From: Nageia nagi
Taxonomy: Eukaryota > Plantae > Pinophyta
NCBI GenBank assembly: GCA_050084985.1
Contig: JBITNC010000001.1
Coordinates: 160,518,001 to 160,582,000, forward strand
Length of the DNA: 64,000 nt
Reading direction: 5' to 3'
Positions 12,878-27,300 of the stretch are shown one piece after another. How positions within the stretch are numbered: the first letter of the stretch is position 1; each line of letters begins with the position of its first letter. A program made the translations under genes and the position numbers. The notes under the pieces were generated by a model. That model was not told where the DNA came from, did no database searches, and saw nothing but the letters and a program-made list of their open reading frames with translations.

Positions 12878-14999
12878 CCAAAAACACCAACTATATTTAC
12901 ATGCTTCCACTTCCTTCTCCTGTAGCGTCAATCCAACAATTGCATGGTAAGAGGGCATTGAGTATATTTGGATTGGTTTTCAGTTGAGTTTCTTGCTTCG
13001 CCTTTAAATTTTATTTTACACAACTGCTTGCTCTGCGGACTAGATCCCTTTCTGAACGCAAGGGCAAAGATATTTTATTTTACTTTTTTTTTTTTTTCTA
13101 TCGATGGAATTTTAGTGTCCTGAACGGTTCACAACATCTAAATCGTGTATAGAAATTGGGTAAAGCGATAAAAAAGTAGTCTACCAAACGAACAGTAGCA
13201 TCGATTACCTAGATCAAACTTCCTTGCAAATTACCTAGCACCCTTTGGCCCGTCCAATGTTGAGGAGTTTATTCTGCAATTCCAGCTTCTCCTTTGTGAA
13301 AACTATTCTACATATTCAATATTGTGCATCGTTAACATCACTGCTCTTTTGAGATGGATGCCATTAACGCTTCTATTGACAAAAATAAGCTTGCCAAATC
13401 CTGATGGTATTCTAAAATTTATGGATTTCTATGGGTTTAGACTCTATAGAGAGAGAATGATTGGAAATGTTTTTGGTTATGGTTGTCTGTATTTAGTAGG
13501 TGGCTTTTGTGTTGAAGTTATTCAAAAGTTGTATTTAATCGAAGTTATCTAATTGTTGCATTTAGTGGACATCTTCTATTTAATAGAATTTTACAATGGT
13601 CACATTAAAGGATTTTGAGTTCGACTTTCTACATTAGAAATAGTTTGCACTTATATAAATTTAATGCTAAGCATCATTTCATTAATTGTGTTTGAATGAT
13701 ATACAGGATAAAGAGTTTATATAATATATATTATTTTAAGTCATACTTATTTCATTTCTATTATTTATTTAAAAGTATTTAAATATTAGCATAATATTGT
13801 ATGTTGGATTTCAAAGGTATGTTAAGTTGATTTTGCTAAGAGTAATCTGAATAACATGCATAATATGTATATACAAAACTTCTTGTATCTTTATATTATA
13901 TGTTCTATGACATTTAATCTTGATTTTTTTTTTAAAGTTGAGTTGATTTGTTTTATGGTGTGTTGAGAGTTTCACAAACCAAAGTGATTGCATCCTTGTC
14001 TCTAGTAATCATTTCAAATTATTTTTCTTTAAAAACTAAGACCTTATTCTTGAGTTTCAAATACTACTTTGATACTATGAAACAAAAAAATTCTTAACAA
14101 ATAATTAAAATATTAGTTTTGAATAAGAATTATTTTGATGTTTTTTAATAATTTATTTAAAATTAATAGTACATTGTATAAATATTAATAGAAGCCTCGA
14201 TAATAAAGAACATCAGGAAGTTCATTTTATCGAGTAAATCTCTACAAATATGTAAAACTACTTTTAAATTATTAAAAATAGTACATTTAATTTGTATTTT
14301 AACTATTTAAATAATATTTTCTCATATTCATTACGGACTTTGATGTGAAATATTTATTAATATTTTACTTTGTAATGGAATTAGCATATATGAAGTGATG
14401 AGACTTATATAGAATATGGATGATAACTTAATCAAATAAAAAGTCATATTTAATCCTTAATATTTAACTAGTGGAAAACATAATTATGATTTATGATTAA
14501 ACTCTATTGAGTCCAAACATCATATAATATGTAATACTAGATTATTTTTACCATTAATATCATGGCAAAGAAGATCTTAATAATAAAGTTAAGTAATATA
14601 AGTTTTACAGTGAACATAAATTAGGAAGGGCTAATATTTACATAATATATTAAGTTAATAATATTATAGTTGAATTAATAAAGAAGAATTCCAACCAACA
14701 TATGACAATAGTAATAATAGATTGAAATGAAATAAAAGTTTAATTTGATAAAAATGAGTTATATAAGTTTGAAAAAGAAAATAGTCATGTAGAAAGTTAA
14801 TATATTTTTATCAACATTGAATTTTGAAAAGCAAATTCCAAATGAAATAATCTTGTTAAAGGATGATAATATTTTTATAATGATTAAGCTTTTATTAAAG
14901 TATGAAATATTTGATCATACATAAAAAATAGGTGGACACATCACACATCAAGCATTAATGCACTATCCAATCAAAATAAAATTCCCATAAATAATACAA

Positions 15000-17900
15000 G
15001 AACAAAACAAAATACCTTACAATTTCGTGGGGTTAGCTACTATTCAATCAATAATATTACGAAGTAAATGAATGTAACCCCATAAAATTTTAGTAAATGA
15101 GAAAAGTGCTAGCATGCATATTTGCATGCTCATCATTAATGGAAATTGAGGGATTTGTAGATTTCTCATGATTTTTCTACACATTAGAAGAAACAATGGC
15201 CCACCTAGTGTTAGGGATGTTGTTGTAAATATCATATGAGTTTGGCCTTAAGTGGCTTGGTGTGGGGTATATAATAATTAATTGGGATATACAGAGTTCA
15301 TCTATTTAGGACCACAATCTCATCATTAATTATTGGAGAATCACAATCATGCCTTCCATTATCACCATCATTATTAGAACCTCTCCATCCATCATTTAAG
15401 GAGAGGAATCTATCAAATCACCCATACGGTTTCTTATAAGGAGAAGCTTTGAAAAAATTCACAACCAAGAGAAAAACAAGTAGGAGATGGATATGGTTTC
15501 CAAGTGTTATTATATCACTAGTATTGTGGTCAAGTTGGTATATGATCTCACCCCTACAAGGGAGGGAAATGACTTTCCTCAAGCGAAATCACTCTTAAGT
15601 TTTAGAAACTAGCAAAACATGACTCAGAGAGCATAAATTATTTTCCCAATAATCAATGAGCTCCTACACATGGCTAACTTTTAGCGTCATCTTAATCTTT
15701 AATCTAAAATCAAATATCATGAAAAATGATAAGCTTATCAATTGAAGAGAATTCTATAGAAGAAATATTCTCTACAAAAATAATAGCATTCTAGTATTTT
15801 CAAAGATGAAATATATTTTTAATTTTTAATACATTCCATAATTCTTCAAGCCCTTCAGAGAAATCTAGAGGCTATTCTATGTGATTGGGGAGCCAACTTA
15901 AAGGTTCTTTTAATCTTTGGAATAAGACTTGAAGAGATGAATTATCATTTTTTCTTACCCATAGAAGGGATAGGTAGGTTTATCAACTCCTACATGTATA
16001 AATCTATGGCCAACTAGGAGACCTTAAAAAATTAGGCTCCAAAGAAAAGAAAAATATTTCCTTGCGTTCAATGAAATTATCCCATATCAGCTTGATTCTA
16101 GAGTTCCATCTCTCTTTGGAAGAGAATAGATTCCATTCCTTATTACTCTTCGACACCATGTGTATGTTAGGAGAGAGCCAAAAGTAATCATGTTTACCTT
16201 TATAGATAAAAAGTGAAATATGTTTAAACCTCTTCCATTCTATCCACCATGTATATTTAGCTAAATGGATACGATTAGGCCATTAAGAAGGAAGGAGTAC
16301 AATTGATCACCAAATCATTTGTATCATTATCCTCATGTTGAAGCACATAGGTAATTATTTTATTAAAAAATCTTTTCATCATAAATCCATTGAGTTATTC
16401 CAAGAAAAAAATTCTAAAATTTAATAACTAGAGATTAACACACATTAAGAGAAGATAAGGAATCTTCATTACAGTATCCATCACTTTTTTAAAGGAGCCA
16501 AGGCTTAATAGCCTCCCATTATTTCCAAATGCTTTTACAAATAAATGAATTAAAGATATTAATTGGTGGTTGGGCTACTATGATGGAAGGCAAATCTAAC
16601 CCTCTCCAACATTTTTTATCGAAAGTAATACCTTTAAAGATACAATGTTGAATTAATATATTTTGAGATTATGAACCCTTTAAGTCTTTGATGATACACT
16701 TAGATCTCAATCAAAAGCCCTGAATGTTAATAGTCTAAAAGATTAATGCCTCATGAAACTATGGGAAGGCAAAAAAATTCCAAGGAAACTTTATGTAAAT
16801 ATTTTTTCTTTGATGTTAGTGCAAAGAAAGTATTTGAGAAGTTTTTCTAACTTTTTATAGTAGGCTTGAGATAGAACTTAGTACCTGACTAGTAGTATAT
16901 AAGAGTGTAAGCAAGGATCTTTGAGAAAATTTGAAATTTACTAGCTAGGGATAATTTCTTAGAGATCTAATAGGATACTTTTTTCCTATATTCTAGATAA
17001 CATACTCCCATAATTCGATAGGGATACTTTGAAATATAGTAGTATACATAAGAATATAAATATTTCATCTATTATAATTTAATGCTAAAGGTAAGAGGCT
17101 ATACAATCAGGTACATTTATAGGAGATTATCCATAACAAGATATCTTAGTTCATTGAATACTTAACCTTGATGCCTTGTAAAGAGTATCAAGGAAAGTAG
17201 ATGCTTGACACATTGAATTTGTTTCTTCCTTTAGAGGAAGGAATGAGTCATCCATAAAATACCCATTGATTAATTATCCATTATTTCTTGGAAGCGAAAT
17301 TATATGAACTAGCCCCTACAAAGCTTTTCTTGTTAACAATAGCTATATGCTTTAATTTCCAACACATATAAAAAAGGGGCAAGAGAAAAACCTTTTCTAA
17401 ATATCTAAAGAGATAAATTATGACTATCTAAATACCATCAAGAGTAAGTGTTGATAACACATGGTTGAAGAGAATTTCAATCGAGGAAATAAATGCAATA
17501 CCAAATCTAATTTCCTTAATCATGTAAAGAATGGAATTCCATTCAATCTTTTCATAAGATTTTTTAAAGTCAATTTTTATGGAAAGTAAATGTTGCTAAG
17601 TAGCTCAAGCCCATTCCACACCTTCCTACATAACAATCAAATTATAAAGAATGTATTTATTTTGAATGAAATCCATTTATTTAGGATGAAGAATATAGGG
17701 AGAGAAAAAGCCTTAGCATTAATGCTAAAGGTTTTACTATGATCTTGTAGCTTACAATGAATAAAGTAATAATACTATAGCTAGCAAGAAATTTAGGATC
17801 TCCTAACTTGTATATGAACTTGATATTTTCTTTAGTTATTATGTGATCCTACAAGACTTTGACAAGAACTTCATGATGAATGAGAAGAGGTTCTGGATCA

Positions 17901-19228
17901 ACTACATCCCAAATCTCTTTGCAGAATTCAAATATAAAATCTTTTCATGTACCATATAAGAAAGAGTCATTTTTAGATCCTCGAGGGAGGGAAGGTAGCC
18001 ATATGCTACCTTTTAAGAGGCATATAACTTCTCTAATGTAAATTTACAATATTTAAAGAAAGTATTGTATCTATCCATGGTAAGTTCTCATACTATAAAA
18101 ACTTGTTAATAATATTTGAAAAATATAAGGGAAATATTGAAAGGCTATATGACTCTTACACTTGCATCCATGATGGGTTTAAATTGTACAACTCATTTTT
18201 GGGTTGAAGATATTGGAAGAACTTTTTAGAGACTTTATCTTCAATTTGAAGGCAATGAATATGGATTATCATCTATGCTAATTTAGCTTCACATGTCTTA
18301 ATATTTCTTAAGTTATCTCTACCTATTTCTACTTACTACTAAAGAGTGATGCTCATTAGATTGGCTTTAAGTCAAACTAAAGTTTGGATAATCTCTTCTA
18401 TAAGAGTATGAATAGAACTCTCACAAATTTCAGCAAGCTTAATCCTTATGACTTTAAACACTAAGATGGATCTAAATATTACATTGTTCCATCAATCAAT
18501 CCAACTAATACTCCCTAAATAACTTGAAACAAGATACTAAACTCTACAAATAGGAGCTACATTAGTTAGATGTTATGAAAATGAGATATTAAAGTAAAAT
18601 GTAGAGTGAAACACCTTGGGGGAAGGTGCAATATTAAAAATAATGGTCATATGATCTAAAATTATGTTACTAAGAGATACAATAATAAGAGACCAAGAAA
18701 TACTAATAATGTGGAAGGAAAATCTTGAATGGTATATAAGCATATCATTTTCTAGTCACTTTAAAACTATATCCTCCTTAGCTTGAAAATTAGATAAGGT
18801 AAACTAGATGAAATATATAAAGTCATTGGAAGTGTTATAAGCATTAGGGTCTACTAGCCCATGATTATTAAAAGAAAAAAAAAATGTATATTGCTTGCCT
18901 ATACAACAACGAATTAGGAAGTGGCCCACTTTATATTTCAATTTTTTAATCATATTGAAGTTGTGATAAAAACCCAAATAGATTAGGGAGGTGATAATGA
19001 TTGATATTTCTATAGGAAAAACTTATCAGGGTCATTTTTGGAAGCATAAATGTTAACAATCCTAAATATCTTTTTATCAATATTAGAAAATGTACATACC
19101 ACTTTGTTAGATGGATCCACACTCCAAGAGATTAGAATTCAATGTCATTTAGGTGTAATAAGGATGATAGTGCCACCTCTTTAATGAAAATTATTAGTAG
19201 AATAGAAAAAAAATTAGACCAAGGAAAA
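15000..19228 (-). mobile_element. Degenerate L1-type LINE ORF2 (endonuclease + RT), copy A
   Basis: Minus-strand motifs IVNIYAS (~19040-19060, endonuclease), IKIDFKKSY (~17553-17580), a decayed RQGCPLAPFLY-like motif (~17365-17400) and FMDDS (~17245-17260, FADD-like). Ends approximate. Confidence 0.85.
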
Positions 19229-20270
19229 GGGTCAATTCAAGAAGTTAGGTCCACTTTAAGGCCAAAAAGTGAAAGTGTTTTCCTTGATTTTCAAATTTTG
19301 ACACAAGTAGTTTAAAAATTTGAAGCACTTAGACATGGAATTATGAAAAATATCACTGCGATGAAAATGTAGTGCTAAGAGTCTAGTTTTTAAATATGTA
19401 ATTTATTTCATTACCAAAATGATAGAAATTAAAGTTTTATATGTGGATGAACAAAAATCACATTTTATAATATATTATTTTAGGACCATACCATGCATGT
19501 GTTTGGCAAGCATAATTTAACCTAAATAAAAGTATTTTTTAAAATCCTTTTTGGCATAGATACCTAAGGCATTGATATTTTTCCATAATTTTTTCATGAA
19601 TGCTTTTTTATTATTTTCATATAAGTCATGTTTATTATTTCGAAAAGTGCTTGTATCTAGAATGCATAATTTGATCTAAACTTATTCATTTTTAAATATT
19701 TTTATCTTCAAATATAATAGTTTGAAGCTTGTCCCGATATAATGTTTTTCAAAACTCCCAAAAAATAAAAAAAAATTATTAAGAAAATAAGATACCCTAA
19801 TATTTCAAGTATATGGACTAGTTTCATCAAAAATTAACTAAAAAACATCAAATCAAATCTAGTTGAAAAGTAATTTTCATATTTCAAATTTGTACTCTTT
19901 CATTTGTAATGGGTTTCAGTTTCATAAAAAAATTCCATCAAAATCACCATCTAAAGTATGCTCAAAGTTGCAATTTTTTAGTGAAATCAACTATGAATAA
20001 GCCCGTGTAGGTCCAAGGCTAATGGTTGGCTCACTAAGCATTTCCCAAGCCCCAAACTTAGGATGTTGGAGTGAGAAATGAATTTGAATATATTAGGATC
20101 CCAATATATCAAGATTGTAATATAAGTTACATATATCAAGATCTTGATATATTGAGATCTCAATTTTTTTACACTCATTGAAAAACCATTTTCCATTATA
20201 AAATATATAGAGATTCTAATTTGTTTTTACCTATTACAAACAAAAAAATTGCAGACACCTAAATTGAGTA
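19229..20270 (+). mobile_element. ~1-kb non-coding dispersed repeat, probable non-autonomous DNA transposon (copy 1)
   Basis: Homologous in reverse orientation to 52897-53840 (GGTCCACT.TAAGGCCAAAAAGTG.AAGT; CACTTAGACATGGAAT; CATACCATGCAT); internal inverted repeats at 20097-20159. Confidence 0.75.
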
Positions 20271-21580
20271 TGTGGATATATTTTCTTAGCTTTTATAAAT
20301 CATATAAGAATGTAATAATAGGGGAAGTTATGGAAATAATCATTTTTTTGTTGTAGCCCTAAATATGCTCCATCCCATATTCTTCTATAAAATATTTATG
20401 CTAAGGTGGGAAGCTAGGATGGGATTTAAAGAGTAATAATAATGATGAAGGATAAAGAAATTTAAGGAGATATTTGGATTGTACTTTGAAATACTAGGAT
20501 AAAAGTTATAATCTCCATATCCATATAAATATTACTTTCATACAATTAAGTCAAGATGGGCAATTGAAGGATACAATGCATATTTTTCTTACTCTAAATA
20601 TATAAACACATTACTCTCTTTAATCTTCAGCATGTCTTCAAATCCTAAATACCTATATCACAAACAATACCCTTTTAAAGGGAAGTCTCCTTCATTCACT
20701 CATCCATTACAGTAAAAATTACATTTGGTCCATCCACACATAAGTTTCTACAAAATATAGTTATCTAGATGAATTTCAAGTTGGAAAGTTTGATGGATTC
20801 TTGCATAGTTTGGAAACTTCTAGCTATAACAATTACATCTTAGAGTAGCTATATATGTGAGAACATCTATTTGATTATTTTCTCTCTTTATTCCTTTCTT
20901 GTTTCTATTATATATATTACACCCTTATTTAAAATTTTATTTTTTCTTTACTATATTAAATGGTAAGCTATCTCCTCTATAAGATGGTAAATTATTTCTT
21001 TTTTAAGAACCTACTCTCAACCACTAGTCCTTTATCAAAATGTGAATCGTTGATTAAAATATTAAATAATTTCCTTTTTAGAGCTACATTTATATTCTTG
21101 GTGCTTCCAAAAACCTACATCAAATGGTAAACCATCTTATCCTATCAATAGGTAAATCATCTCACTATTTGTACCTAACATATTGATCTCTTAAGTGGAG
21201 AGACAATCTAAATAATTATCTCTCATTTGGTCTCTACATGAGTCAAACCATACATATTCCCATCAACAGATCTAATAATATCAATTATAGTTTGCATAAA
21301 AGATGCATATCATAAAACATGGCTTTGGAAAGTACAAATACTCTCAATGTGATTTATTTTTTGCTATAACTCAGTGATATTTTGAGCAATAGTATCTAGC
21401 AATTGCTTATCATCTATATCAATGGGTGGAGGTGGAGGTGGAGGGGGTGGAGGTCGGGCATGTGAATAGGGTGAATTGTGTGGGACATTTTGGTTTATCT
21501 TATCCAATTTCTCATGTATATACCTTGATAAAGGTAATCTGATGTATCATCCATGATCACAAAAGAGCTCCTACAAACAT

Positions 21581-21724
21581 TAGGAATTACATAGAAATAT
21601 AAATAAACTCAATAAGTTGGATAAAAATAGAACATTGAATTAGTGTTAAATTTGATATAAATAGGACATTACATAGAAATAGAGATAAACACAATAAATT
21701 GAATATAATAGAACATTGCATTAG
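21581..21724. repeat. ~81-bp-period tandem duplication
   Basis: ATTACATAGAAATA.A.ATAAAC.CAATAA.TTG..TA.AATAGAACATTG.ATTAG occurs twice. Confidence 0.85.
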
Positions 21725-22807
21725 AACACATCGATTTTTAGAGTTGGTTTGATTTAAATATATTTGTTATAATTTGTATCCATGGATTATGATATATATG
21801 AATATCTACTCATTATATTTATGGTTATAAGGTGAATAAGCAATGCTCCATCCCCTTCCCTTACCCTTGCATATTATTTTAGAATCATACTAAGGTCTAC
21901 ATGTGATGACAAATGAATGGATCATACCATAAAGGTATCAGTCATGGGAAAAGAAAATGTAAAGGTGATGGAATCTTAATTGAATACCCATAACAAATCA
22001 CTATAACATAAAGTATTTATGATAAGGAGAAGAAAATACGAAGGTAGTGGGCTGCTTACTTAGTGGATGTCATGCTAGTGGATCAATACATTTTCAATAG
22101 GCATTTGGTTCTCTAAGTAGACTATGATGGTCTCTCAAACCTGAGCTCTGATGGTCAATCTTGAGTACTAACTATTTATGGAAATGGCCAACTCTAATAA
22201 CTGATCTTCCAATTATGGAAGTGTGCCCTTACCTCATATAAAAGCATAGATAACAATATGAACACCCCATACATAGAAAATGCAAAACCTTCCTCTTCCC
22301 AAATGAAAATCCTACTATAACCTTGGAATCATATCCCTTACCAATCAAACATGGTTATTGAAATGAATGTGAGCATGGATACAATTTCCCTAACGTGAAG
22401 CAACCTTTCATCTTGCCAGGGAAGTCCTTACATGCACATTTAACATTCCTTTTAAATAAAGAATAAATTTAACAATTAAATTTATATATAATTTTAAAAT
22501 ATATAATATAAATTAGAATAATAATAAAAAAATAAGAATTAAAAACTAACAATAATAATTAAAAAATTAATAATAAGAAAAAAGTACCAATAAAAAATTA
22601 ATAATAATAATAATAATATAGTTTTTATCAATAGGGATAGTTCCGTTCAAATATCTTTTTAATTTGTGTGATTGCGTAATATTTTTGTTTTATAAAAGTA
22701 TTGAAGGTTATATCATTTTTACAACTTATAATATTCTTCTTTTATGAAAAATAATTATTCAAATATTTAATTGATATATATTTACTTCACTACCAATAAA
22801 TCAATAG

Positions 22808-22809
<2 letters not shown>

Positions 22810-22869
<60 letters not shown>
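22810..22869. repeat. (TA)30 microsatellite
   Basis: Perfect dinucleotide run, flanked by a ~70-bp direct repeat (22731-22805, 22878-22943). Confidence 0.98.
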
Positions 22870-22871
<2 letters not shown>

Positions 22872-23474
22872 CTTCAATATTCTTCTTTAAAGAAAAATAA
22901 TTATTCAAATTGATATATATTACTTCTCTACTAACAAATCAATCAATTTAAAAGAATAATAAAAAAATCTACTTATCAGTTGAAATCAGACTGATACAAC
23001 GCACTGAAGTAATAAAACAAAAAACCGTCTTACAATGTAAAATATCTCAATACAAAATCACACCGTAAAATATGTGTTGTACTCTTTGTATCTTATATCA
23101 ACTCATAAAGTTAACTTTTGCCAATAAAAGAAATAATGCTTACCATAATGATTTGTTGTGAGCATGTCCATGAAAATCCGAAAACTTGGGAAACATATGG
23201 GTTAATTAATGCAAACCTCGTAAGAGTGTACCTCTACGACAGTTCCAGATGCATAATTAAGAAGAGCCATGTGCTGTTTAGAATTCAGAATTTTGAGTAG
23301 CTATTTCCTTTACATTAAATTCCGTGCTCTGGTGCGTATAGCCCTCGTCTTTCTCCTCTATATTCCGAAGGACAATTCGAAAAGCCAGTCCTCTTGATAT
23401 CTGCCGAGTTCCTTAGTTCTAGTTCTGTCTCTGCTGTGCGTGTCCAAGGCCCTGTGTAGCATCTAGGAAATGCC

Positions 23475-24331
23475 ATGGAAGAAAATAATAACAACGTACC
23501 CATGTTCCATTTGCGCAGGGTCATTTCATACCCTTTATCTCCCTCGCAAAAATGCTTGTTTCTCAAAGGTCTCAAAGTCACGTTCTTCGCCACAACTGCA
23601 AACACCCTCAAACTCGAATCCCAATTTAATGGACACCCACTTGGATCTGATATTCGTCTGGTGTCTCTTCCCCTTCCGCCCAATGATGGCCTCCCTCCAG
23701 GTTCTGAGAGCGCTGATGTTTTTTCCACAATCCAATCCTAATTGTTGGTTTGCTCCTCCCATAAGCTGTCAACACCCTTCGAGGAATGGTTGGAGACGAC
23801 GCAGAAGAAGCCCTTCTGCATAATAAGCGACGTCTTACTATGTTATTGGTTACCCGTTTCTGCTTCCACGTTTGGAATTCCCTGCATCGCCTTCCATGGG
23901 TTTGGTGCCTTTGGGGCGTCAGTCATGCAATATCTCTTCACAAATCGTGTAGAGGAGGTCATAAGTTGTCGTGAAATAATTAGATCCGAGACCATTGTAT
24001 GGATATTAATCTTACGCGTGAGGTTCCTTATTGTTGAGAAGCGAGAACCCGCTATCGGCATCACCCTCGAGGATAGTGTTTCAAAAGGGTATTTACAGAG
24101 GCCAAGGAGAGCTGCACCGCAACGCTTGTAAAGACGTCGGATGTCCTGGAAGGAGGATATGTCCGCTATTTAGAGGAATCCACGGGTAAAGACCGTTTGG
24201 CTCGTAGCTTCTGATCGTCATCTGCATCAGGTACACCCTCCTGTCTCAGATTGTATTCGTTGGTTAGATAGTCAGAAAACATGATCTATGATGTATATCT
24301 CGTTTGGATCTCAGATATTTCTCTCGTCAAG
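23475..24331 (+). pseudogene. Family-1 UDP-glycosyltransferase pseudogene, 5' part
   Basis: Across frameshifts and stops: MEENNNNVPMF/FAQGHFIPFISLAKMLVSQ/GLKVTFFAT..DIRLVSLPLPPNDGLPPGSESAD..PFEEWLE..PFCIISD..FGIPCIAFHGFGAF..CIRWLDSQK..MMYISFGSQ. Interrupted by Copia-2 at 24332. Confidence 0.93.
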
Positions 24332-27300
24332 TGTTAGAATCATCAAGTTCGTACATTACTTTTGTAATAATAGTCCAAGAACAACAATAGAACTTGAAAT
24401 GGATTTATTACGAACCAAAGTTATACAAAACCTTAATGGAACAAAACAATTATTACTCATTGTTGCTGCATTATAAAAATGCGGAATGCTATTCTACCTC
24501 AAACACCCGAGTCTTTTTTATTTATTGTATTCCAAAATGATCCTACAAAATATCCTTGTTTAGGTTACAAAATAGCTTTGTATAAGTGTTTATTGAGAAC
24601 ACAACAGCTCTAACTAAACACCTCAAAACTGCCACAAAATACCAGCAAACACATAAGTATCCAAAATCGATACAAAACATAACTACCAACACAACCGGCC
24701 AACATAATCAGATGCATATATCAAACTTATTATTTTAACATTCCCCTTTAAATTTGATAATCCAAAATAAAAGTCAAATTTATGTAACACTCCCTTAAGT
24801 TTGATAACTCCCAAGCATGTTCTCAGTTTTGCAAACTATTCTTGTGGCAATTCTTTTGCATATTGATCAGTAGACTAGCAAAACTTCAAAGAAACCTCCT
24901 TCTTATTTACAAGTTCTTTGATAAAATGGTACAAAACATCTATATGCTTAATCCTCTTATGGAAAACATGATTTTTGGATAATTCAATGGTAGAATTGTT
25001 ATCACAATATATTTGTGTGGTACGTTTTTGTTGTTGCTCCAAATCTTGAAAAATCTTTCTCATCCAAATTGCATTACAGGTTATGGAAATGGTAGTGACA
25101 TATTCAGTCTCTATGGTAGAAAAAATCATAATGGATTATTTTTGTGAGGCCTATGAGATAGTTCCTAAAATGAGATAAAAATTTATACCTTGTAGCACTC
25201 TTTCTATCATCATTACTCTCTACATAATCACTATCAGAATAACCAGTCAAACAAAAGATAGAGGAGCAGCTGCATAGAAAATGCATGGGTAATTTGCTAT
25301 CTAACAAATGTATCTTAATATTCATTTACCAACTTGTTAATATTTTTCTCTTGGTTTTTCTATGAACCTTGAAATCAAACTCATAGCATATTGAAGATTA
25401 GGAGGTGTAGAAGTTAAATAAATTAAACTACCTATATGTCTTTTGTACATGGTGGACTCAACTCTTTCACTCTTATCATGTTTGCTTAGTTGTAATGTTG
25501 TAGTAAGAGGTATAGGGAATGGTTTATATGTGTGCATTTTAAATCTCTTAAAGATATCACAAGCATACAATTTGAGCAACTTCAATACCCAAAAAGTATT
25601 TCATGAGCCCCAAATTTGTCATATCAATATTTTTTGCATCTCATATTTAAACAAATCAAGAGATCAATTTCTGAAATAGATTAAGTCATCCACATATAAA
25701 CAAACAATGAGTATGTTACCATGATCATTTATTTTAACATAACATGATGGCTCACTACTAGATTTGTAAAAATCAATTTTCAAAAAATAGGAATCAATTT
25801 GATTGTACATACCATGCTCAAGAGGTTTAGTTAAGACCATACAATGTTTTCTTCAACTTCTAAACTTTGTGCTCATGTACCTAAACTTGATAACCAAAAG
25901 CTTATTCAAGATACACTTCTTCCTCTAAAAACCCATTAATAAAATGTAGATTTCACATCTAATTAATACACTTTCCATTTATAATGATGTTCCATTACCA
26001 AAATAGAATGAATAGTATCCAATCTAGCTACACGAGCAAAGCTTTCAAAGTAATCAATATTAGGTTATTGAGAATACCCTTTGACAACAAGTTTGGCTTT
26101 GTATTTTGAAATCTATCCATTAGCCCCAACTTTGGTCTCATAAACCCATTTAACACCAATCATTATCAATTGCCTCTTCAAAATATTCAAGATCAAAATT
26201 TGAAACTAATGTAAAATCTAACAATGTAAAATATAAAATTAAATTAGCACTATAACCATTAGGAGTGATTGTTTAAGTTACCTTATTAGTTTCTTTCAGA
26301 CTTCAAGTTTTCCTAGGACTCTCATCAAAGTTTGACCTATCATAAAAATGTTTTGAATAAGTGAGAGAGAAAGATGCTCCATATTATCCATAACTTCCAT
26401 ATGTACCAGATATGATTTGTGGTATTGAAATTGAATATAATCCATACGAACTTGAATTTGTTTCATAAAATTATCTCTTGTCAAGAGAATGTTGTTGTAG
26501 TGTTTTAGTATCCCACACACTTTCATCATTTTCTAGAAATTTTACCTCCTTAATGAATACACCTATATTTGTAATGGGATTATAGAATTTGTAAGCCTTG
26601 GAATACTCACTATATCCCATAAAAATACATTTTTCTCCTCTATCATAATTTTTTTCTCTTTTCATAAACAACATGTGCATATGTAATCCACCCAAAAAAA
26701 TTGTAAATAGAACACACTATGTTTCTTTTGGCTCTAAGCTTCTTGTGGCATTTTGAATTTGACATTGATTGTGAGAGAATAGTTCAAAATATGCAATGCA
26801 TAAGATACTATTATAGCTAAAATAGTATATGGCAAATGTTTCACCTTCAACATACTCTAAACCATCTCCGTGATTGTTATGTTCTTCCTTTTATTAATGC
26901 CATTTTTAATGGTATATACCTTGTTGTACATTGTTTCTTAATACCATCCACTTTACAAAAATTCAAAAAGTCATTAGTCTCATATTCACCACCTCTACAA
27001 GTTCTCATAACGTTTATGTAATTTCCACTTTCTTTCTCAACTAAAGTTTTTAACCATTTAAATTTTTCAAAAAATACGCAAATGTTTTTCTTGAGTAGTC
27101 ATTAACAAAAACCAAAAAATACAAATAACCTTGCAATGAAATAGCTTGCATTAGACCACATAAATCTAAATGCACAATTTCTAAAGGACCTCTTACTCTA
27201 AGTGATTTACCTACATGAAATAAATCTTTATATTTTTTTTACCATGAATGCATTCCTCAAAAGTTTTTCTTTCTCATCCAGTCAAAGGTAACCCATTCAC

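Larger units (their letters stand above)
179..18236 (+). repeat. Segmental duplication, copy A (collinear with 55438-64000)
   Basis: Direct collinear homology: 179-1238 and 8152-9805 match 55438-58121; 12476-18236 matches 58120-~63970. About 85% identity in two hand-counted TE-derived stretches. Confidence 0.95.

Noticed and set aside
12697-12987. 96-aa ORF over hairpin A
   Set aside because: GTG start, no recognisable domain, and frameshifted in copy B (TACCAATGGG vs TACCACAGG).
13322-13552. ORF sharing a C-terminus with 58876-59223
   Set aside because: Similarity is explained by the duplication; 31-nt and 4-nt indels between copies break the frame; non-ATG starts.
23315-23728. 137-aa minus-strand ORF
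   Set aside because: Antisense shadow of the GC-rich UGT pseudogene.
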